A stretch of 23,137 nt of DNA, taken from the NCBI GenBank assembly GCA_044343545.1, contig JAWBZR010000011.1, forward strand, positions 1 to 23,137. The letters are read 5' to 3'. A program made the position numbers and the translations under genes. The notes under the pieces are model-generated. The model ran no database searches and was not told the DNA's origin. It worked only from the letters and a program-made list of their open reading frames with translations. Each line of letters starts with the position of its first letter. Within the stretch, counting starts at the first letter, position 1. The DNA comes from Candidatus Aenigmatarchaeota archaeon (GTDB lineage: Archaea; Aenigmatarchaeota; Aenigmatarchaeia; CG10238-14). This document shows positions 17,570 to 23,137 of the stretch, one piece after another.

Positions 17570-19450
17570 ATGGTTGAATATCCTGAATATATACCTGGGA
17601 CTTTTCCGATCAAAAAGAAAAAATTGGAAAATGGAGCTGAAATAGAACTAGGTTTTTTTGCAGGAGAAGGTATTAATGCATCACCTTTTGAAGCAAGAGA
17701 GCTTTTGGACTTGACTTTTCCTCTTGGCGGCGGCACAGGAATGATGTTAGGTCTCATATTTCAATTAGGCAAGTGGGGTTATGATGTGGTAAAGATGAGC
17801 AGCAGCATAACCGTGTCACCTGCATTCACAGAGTATTATCAAAAAACCATAGAAGAAAAGAGAAAGCTTGAAGAGCAGATGAAAGCTGGTTTTGCAAGTT
17901 TATCTACCGCAATTAGTGATTATGAGCTTTTGATGCATGACGTTAGAAAGTATGCCGAATATTTGAATTATTTTAGAGATGTGGAAAGAGCGAAGAAGAA
18001 ACTGGAAGAAGCCAAAAAAAATAAAGATGAAAAGAAAATTAAAGAAGCTGAAGAAGAAATAAAAAGAGCGAAACATGTTTTGAAAGCCATATTTGTGGAC
18101 CAAGTAGACGTGCATACTGGTGAAGGTATAAGTTTGAGAAGCATTGCCGTGAGATGGCCAACCATCATTTCAGATTTTTTAAGTTTGACAGAAGATTATG
18201 AAGATCCTAAAGAAATAGTAAAGGCATTGGATGGAAAAATACCTTTAGCTGAAGCCATGATCTTGGCAACAAAATCCAAATTATTCAAGAATTGGCTCAC
18301 GTATTTTTATGATGTAGTTAAGAGCAGATACACTACGCTCATGAGCTTGGCAGAGGCAAGGAAAAAATCCATAGAAGAATATAGAAATGCTTTAAAGCCT
18401 GTGATAAGTAGATATAAGCAAATAAATGATATGGAAGTTGCCATAGGGCCGTTGAATAGAGCTGCGTGGCATAGACCAGATGCTCAAGCACTTTCGGTTG
18501 ATACTGAAGTTATATGGGCATGGCGTCCGTTTATTTCTCCTGATATTTTTAGAATGCCAAGAGAATTTCCAAGTGAATTAACGTTTGAAAAAGCAGGTTT
18601 TTACAACTTAGCAAAATACTATCTTCCCGGTAAAACACCGGAAGAAAAGGAAAAGAATAGAAAAAGAATTCTTGCTGCAATAAAAAAACTAGAAAAGGAG
18701 AATAAAACTGTCCCTCCATTACCTGCTGTACCCATTGTAGATAGAGTTTTGGTATCAATAGTGAGACAAATTGAGAATGAATACAAGATTGATTGTGCTG
18801 ACATGGTTAAACTCATCTTCAATAACATTAAAACTTTATCCTCCAAATATGTTCCGCCTGCTTTAGAGCAACCTCTAAAACCTGGAATAAAGTGGCCATT
18901 CAGCCCTTACTTTATATTTGTTTATATGGACGTTACAAGAACAGTGTTAAAATTACCAAATGGTGCCACACTAGAAGATATCTGGATAGAACCACTAATA
19001 ACTTATAACTCTACTCAAAACATAATACTTGGAAGAATGATTGAAGCTAACGCGAAAAGCATACAGGAGCAAAGAGAGGTTTTGATGTTATTAGGCGAGC
19101 AAGTGTTTAGAAATGTTGGAGGCGTTGAGAAATTCATAAGTATGAGTGATATAGGTAAAGCGGATTACCCTGAAATATTTGGGAGTATAAGTGATGAAGA
19201 ATTAGACGTGAAAATTCCTTCAGGTTCTTTGAGTGAAAGAATAGAAGAGTTTTCACTAAAATTTTCTAATCTACTTTCAAAAATAGGGATAAATGCAAGA
19301 TTTTTCTATGCAGGACCTTATGAAAAATTGATGACAGAAAGAATGAGTAAAATGATGCAGCTTGGCCCAGGAAGAATGCATGGCACTATTACCGAATATT
19401 TGAAAAGAGCGGCAGGTGTGCCGGGAGCTGAGCCGAAGATATGGATATAA
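17570..19450 (+). CDS. Hypothetical protein, 626 aa, with N-terminal coiled-coil-rich region
   Basis: Long open frame with genome-typical composition and E/K-rich heptad-like segments. It has no signal peptide or clear TM, and its stop overlaps the next ATG (TAATG 19448-19452). Confidence 0.85.
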   Translation: MVEYPEYIPGTFPIKKKKLENGAEIELGFFAGEGINASPFEARELLDLTFPLGGGTGMMLGLIFQLGKWGYDVVKMSSSITVSPAFTEYYQKTIEEKRKLEEQMKAGFASLSTAISDYELLMHDVRKYAEYLNYFRDVERAKKKLEEAKKNKDEKKIKEAEEEIKRAKHVLKAIFVDQVDVHTGEGISLRSIAVRWPTIISDFLSLTEDYEDPKEIVKALDGKIPLAEAMILATKSKLFKNWLTYFYDVVKSRYTTLMSLAEARKKSIEEYRNALKPVISRYKQINDMEVAIGPLNRAAWHRPDAQALSVDTEVIWAWRPFISPDIFRMPREFPSELTFEKAGFYNLAKYYLPGKTPEEKEKNRKRILAAIKKLEKENKTVPPLPAVPIVDRVLVSIVRQIENEYKIDCADMVKLIFNNIKTLSSKYVPPALEQPLKPGIKWPFSPYFIFVYMDVTRTVLKLPNGATLEDIWIEPLITYNSTQNIILGRMIEANAKSIQEQREVLMLLGEQVFRNVGGVEKFISMSDIGKADYPEIFGSISDEELDVKIPSGSLSERIEEFSLKFSNLLSKIGINARFFYAGPYEKLMTERMSKMMQLGPGRMHGTITEYLKRAAGVPGAEPKIWI

Positions 19451-21420
19451 TGAGTTTGTTGGGCTTTGGTAAACCGCAACCAAAAAAAGAAGAAACAAAA
19501 AAAGGTGGTTTTAAAATAGCTGTATCTTCTGGTTTATATTTTGTTGGAGGAAGCGAGGAGTTACAAACGCTCGTCAAGAAAGTAGGTTACGCTCTTACAA
19601 GAGGAACTGCTGCTATAGAGATAGCAAGTGATATACCTCATGAAATCAACTTTACGGAAGGTAGAGAAATTAGATACATTGCAGAGCACCAAGGAGTAGA
19701 GCTTACTTTGCATGGTGATTTGCAAATAGCTTTTGAAGTTCCTGACAGGACTGAATGGATAAACTCGCAAGATAAATTTTTGAAATCTATAAAGTCAGCA
19801 GTATACGGTGGTTGTAGCTATGTTAACTTTCATTCTTGTTTAAGAGAATGGTTGGAACTTTTCACCTATGCTGGTCAAAGATTGGAAATTAACTTGTGTG
19901 ATCATAAAGGTAGACCTATTTCTGAAATCTTTAAAGAAGATAAGAGTGGAAAGTTGGCCGATTGGTTCGTAAGTACGAGTCTTGTTGAAGACACACCAGA
20001 AAATAGATACAAAAGAAAGCATGATTTTGTCATGAAGTATGCTTACAACATTCTTGGAAGGGACGAGGTTGAGAGAATAAGTAGATTAAGTGGAAGAGTG
20101 GCCATTCAAAAAATAGTGGAATTAGGTATAGAGAGAACAAGATCATCTAACATACAGAACAAAGAAGAGATTTTGAATATTTTGCAAAGTCCTTTCACTC
20201 CTATAGAAGAAAAAATTGCAATTATACAAAGAAGTGGTCTTGTTTCACCAGAAGAAATAGGTAAAATAGAAAATTTGGCAACAAGGGAACTAATATGCGA
20301 AGAAGTAAGAAAAAGGATAGGAGAAAAGTGGTATGATGAAAGTGTTAGAGGAAATTTGGATGATGCCTACATTTTCATGGCACATTATCTCTATTTGACA
20401 AATGATCCATTGTGGAAAGATATGGAAAAAATATATGAAGATGTATTTGCTGGAGTTGATATAAAAAAGGATGATGATTGGCTGCTAAAAATGTTAGAAA
20501 GGGCTTCGACTACTTCTGATATATGGTCTCTTCGCTTCAAAGAATTTTATTATGGTGTTGTTGCTGCAAAATATTTACAAGGCCATATAATAGAAGCGGT
20601 TAGATGGATGAATGATGAAAAGAATGGATTGAAAAAAATATTGAAAGAAGAAATCAGAGCTATAGAAAGTGATCCTAAAAAAAGGGAAGAAGAGGAAAAA
20701 ATCCTATTTGAAAATATAAAAAATTTGAAAATTTGTTTTGAAACGCCCGACGCCAGAAACAGAGAGTTTGGTGGAAGATTCATGTTGTGGAAAACCAAAC
20801 AAATTTATCTAGCAATAAAACATGCAAGGGAAGCTCTTAAAAGAGAAAATCTGCATTCTCATGCTGACAAAATTTTCATGATAATTGATTGGGAGCATGT
20901 AGCTACACACGGAGTGGATCCATTTCACGAAGCAGAAGATTTTGTTAGTGCAGTGAAAAAATTAAACGATGAAAACGCGGCTGACTTGATATTGGGTGTT
21001 CATTCAAACTATCCAAGCCCCCTTCAACCTCACAAGCCCATAGAAATCGGTGATAGGCCAATAATCTACAGCTTGCTTTACAAACTAAGAAAAATAGGTT
21101 TAGGGAAAAATCACATCGTTTACTTGTTGTTTGAAAGAGGTGGAGGAGAAAATCCTTTCAAGGGAAGTATAATAGCATTAAGAGCCATAGCAGAGGAACT
21201 TGAAAAAGATACGCCACCTGACCAATTACCACTAGAATTTTATGGAATAACAGAAGGTACGAGAGATTATGCGAGACAGATAGTAATAATAAAGGAGCAT
21301 GCTTTAGAACCTTTAAAAGGTCTGCTTAAAGTTCCAGAAGAAGATTATACCTTCTTAGGCACTTCAGCCATAAGAGGAGGTAAACAGCCAGAGATATGGA
21401 AGAAAGAAGAGTTGAGATAA
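19441..21420 (+). CDS. Endonuclease IV / xylose-isomerase-like metal-dependent TIM-barrel protein with large insertion
   Basis: Ordered putative metal ligands: LTLH91G, VNFH131S, CFE434TP, IID483WEH486, GVH521SN, PH531KP and LLFE565RG (numbered from ATG 19441). The real start may be ATG 19450. Confidence 0.75.
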   Translation: MDIMSLLGFGKPQPKKEETKKGGFKIAVSSGLYFVGGSEELQTLVKKVGYALTRGTAAIEIASDIPHEINFTEGREIRYIAEHQGVELTLHGDLQIAFEVPDRTEWINSQDKFLKSIKSAVYGGCSYVNFHSCLREWLELFTYAGQRLEINLCDHKGRPISEIFKEDKSGKLADWFVSTSLVEDTPENRYKRKHDFVMKYAYNILGRDEVERISRLSGRVAIQKIVELGIERTRSSNIQNKEEILNILQSPFTPIEEKIAIIQRSGLVSPEEIGKIENLATRELICEEVRKRIGEKWYDESVRGNLDDAYIFMAHYLYLTNDPLWKDMEKIYEDVFAGVDIKKDDDWLLKMLERASTTSDIWSLRFKEFYYGVVAAKYLQGHIIEAVRWMNDEKNGLKKILKEEIRAIESDPKKREEEEKILFENIKNLKICFETPDARNREFGGRFMLWKTKQIYLAIKHAREALKRENLHSHADKIFMIIDWEHVATHGVDPFHEAEDFVSAVKKLNDENAADLILGVHSNYPSPLQPHKPIEIGDRPIIYSLLYKLRKIGLGKNHIVYLLFERGGGENPFKGSIIALRAIAEELEKDTPPDQLPLEFYGITEGTRDYARQIVIIKEHALEPLKGLLKVPEEDYTFLGTSAIRGGKQPEIWKKEELR

Positions 21421-21456
21421 AATTATTAAAATAATAAAAAACGAAATATCAAGTAT

Positions 21457-22368
21457 ATGAGTGTAGAAGAATTGGTTAAAGAATTGGAAAGACCGCTAGC
21501 CGAAGAAAAAATTGGCGGAAAGGAATATAAACAAAAAATTGATTCACAAGAAAAAAATGATGAAACAAAGGAAAGAGATATTACAAAGGAAAGTTTCTAT
21601 CCAAAAGTCATAGAATTTACAACAAGGCTTAAAAAAACTTATGGGGATATGATCAAATCAGTACTTATTTTTGGTTCGGCTGCGAGAGGTGATATGAAAG
21701 ATACTTCAGATATAGATGTTTGGGTCATAGTCGATGATACTGCAGCGAAGAGAACAGAAGATGTTAACAAAATTAGATTGCAAATTCAAATGATAGCCAC
21801 GGAATTAAAAGATATTCACCCTCAGATGAACACTTTAACAGAGTTCTGGAATTGGATGAAAGTTGGTAGCCCGGAATTGTTTAACTTTTTAAGAGTCGGT
21901 CTTGTTGTTTATGATACTGGTTTCATAAAGCCCGTTCAAAGAATGTTGCAAAAAGGTTTGTTTTCACCAAGCGAAGAAACTGCAGGATTGAAGGCTAGAT
22001 CTTCTGAAGCCATACTTAAACGTGTAGAGGCTACTTTGAAGACGTTGATCTTTGATTTAAGATATGCTGCCACGGACATTTGCCAAGCAGTGATAATTTA
22101 TAATTATAGAGAAGCTCCTGATCAAAAAAACATGCCAGAGTATCTGAAAAGATTGGTCAAGGATAAAAAAATGTCACCTATCTTTGTGGAAAAATATGAA
22201 AAGTTAAATAAATTATGGAAAGATCTTGATCATGAGTTGATAAAAAAGGTGAGTATAGAGCATTTAAAAGAAGCGATGGAATTAAGCACGTCAATAATAG
22301 AAGAAATGAAAAAACATTTACCTGACTATATAAAGGAATATGATACGGGTTTTGGAGGTTTGTTTTAA
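21457..22368 (+). CDS. Minimal nucleotidyltransferase (Pol-beta fold) fused to degenerate HEPN-like domain
   Basis: LIFGSAARGD....SDIDVWVIVDD nucleotidyltransferase signature. The helical C-terminal domain has WKDLDH at the HEPN RX4H position. Confidence 0.82.
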   Translation: MSVEELVKELERPLAEEKIGGKEYKQKIDSQEKNDETKERDITKESFYPKVIEFTTRLKKTYGDMIKSVLIFGSAARGDMKDTSDIDVWVIVDDTAAKRTEDVNKIRLQIQMIATELKDIHPQMNTLTEFWNWMKVGSPELFNFLRVGLVVYDTGFIKPVQRMLQKGLFSPSEETAGLKARSSEAILKRVEATLKTLIFDLRYAATDICQAVIIYNYREAPDQKNMPEYLKRLVKDKKMSPIFVEKYEKLNKLWKDLDHELIKKVSIEHLKEAMELSTSIIEEMKKHLPDYIKEYDTGFGGLF

Positions 22369-23137
22369 ATGCAAATTGGCTTTGAAGAGTTGACGAAAGA
22401 AAAAATTGAAAAGTATACAAACGAATTTAAGCAAAAAGTCTTGGAAAGATATGGAGAAAAAATAAAATGTATAGTCATGATGGGTTCGGCTGCAAGAGGG
22501 GAATTCAAGAAAACTTCTGACATAGATCTATTTGTAGTTATAGATGACACGGAAACGCCGATGACGCCTGAAGAAAAAGCTAGAATAGATGGAGAAATAC
22601 TGCAAATAGCTCAACAAATTTCTCCTGCTTTGTCTTTTCAACCACTATACACTTTGACGGAATTCATGGATTACGCAAGAGTCGCTCATCCCATAATTTA
22701 TAATTTTATAAAAGATGGTAAAGCTCTTTATGATGTAGGCTTTTTCACTCCATTTCAAAGATTATTAAAAGAGGGTAAAATACCATTGACAAGAGAGGCT
22801 GTGGAAGCTTACATGAGTGATGCTCCAAAAAAAATTAACAGGGCCAAGACTGTAAAGTTGTTAATGCTCACTGAAGATTGTTTTTATGCAATATTAAACA
22901 CTGCACAAGCAATTTTAATGTTTCTTGGCGTTGAACCGCCGTCGCCAACTAAAGCGTATGAAGAATTTAAAAAATATGTTGTTGACGCAGGTTTAATAGA
23001 AGAAAAGTATGCCATATGGTTAAAAGATATAGTGGAAATAAGGAAGAAAATAGAACATAAGGAAATACTTGACGTTACAGGAGCTTTTGTTGATGAATGG
23101 ATTCAAAAATCAGAAGAGTTTGTAAATAAAATGTTTG
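22369..23137 (+). CDS. Minimal nucleotidyltransferase-HEPN fusion, paralog 2, 3' partial (absent from the ORF track)
   Basis: ATG 22369 immediately follows the upstream TAA, with GGAGG at 22354-22358. The frame is open to the window end: MQIGFEEL...VMMGSAARGEFKKTSDIDLFVVIDD...CFYAILNTAQAILMFLG...IRKKIEH (RX4H at 23041-23058). Confidence 0.87.
   Translation, partial: MQIGFEELTKEKIEKYTNEFKQKVLERYGEKIKCIVMMGSAARGEFKKTSDIDLFVVIDDTETPMTPEEKARIDGEILQIAQQISPALSFQPLYTLTEFMDYARVAHPIIYNFIKDGKALYDVGFFTPFQRLLKEGKIPLTREAVEAYMSDAPKKINRAKTVKLLMLTEDCFYAILNTAQAILMFLGVEPPSPTKAYEEFKKYVVDAGLIEEKYAIWLKDIVEIRKKIEHKEILDVTGAFVDEWIQKSEEFVNKMF

Noticed and set aside
22365..22550. 61-aa minus-strand ORF, and 22178..22420
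   Set aside because: Both are antisense to the nucleotidyltransferase-HEPN genes, which carry clear motifs on the plus strand.

Overview
AT-rich, gene-dense archaeal window, identified as archaeal by rpl37e, Lsm/SmAP1, a DUF359 dephospho-CoA kinase, LrpA and archaeal-type tRNAs. Gene content and compaction suggest a DPANN-like lineage, which is an inference. From left to right it holds: two Thr/Cys-rich secreted surface proteins sharing nucleotide-identical Thr repeats; a small PLDc_N-like membrane protein; a CPA2 cation:proton antiporter; a divergent lrpA/peroxiredoxin pair; an ABC-2 permease with a doubly frameshifted ATPase; tRNA-Lys(CTT) and tRNA-Lys(TTT) bracketing Nudix, EndoIII-like and YvcK-like genes; DUF359 (its stop codon lies inside tRNA-Lys(TTT)), rpl37e and lsm; a secreted Lon-like S16 protease; and two tandem class II ribonucleotide reductases, one with unusual active-site substitutions. 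At the right end is a co-oriented four-gene module: an unknown 626-aa protein, an endonuclease-IV-like metal-binding TIM barrel with a ~300-aa insertion, and two paralogous nucleotidyltransferase-HEPN fusions, only one with an intact RX4H motif. This module is the best candidate for an uncharacterised system. All family calls come from motif recognition by eye; no searches were run.
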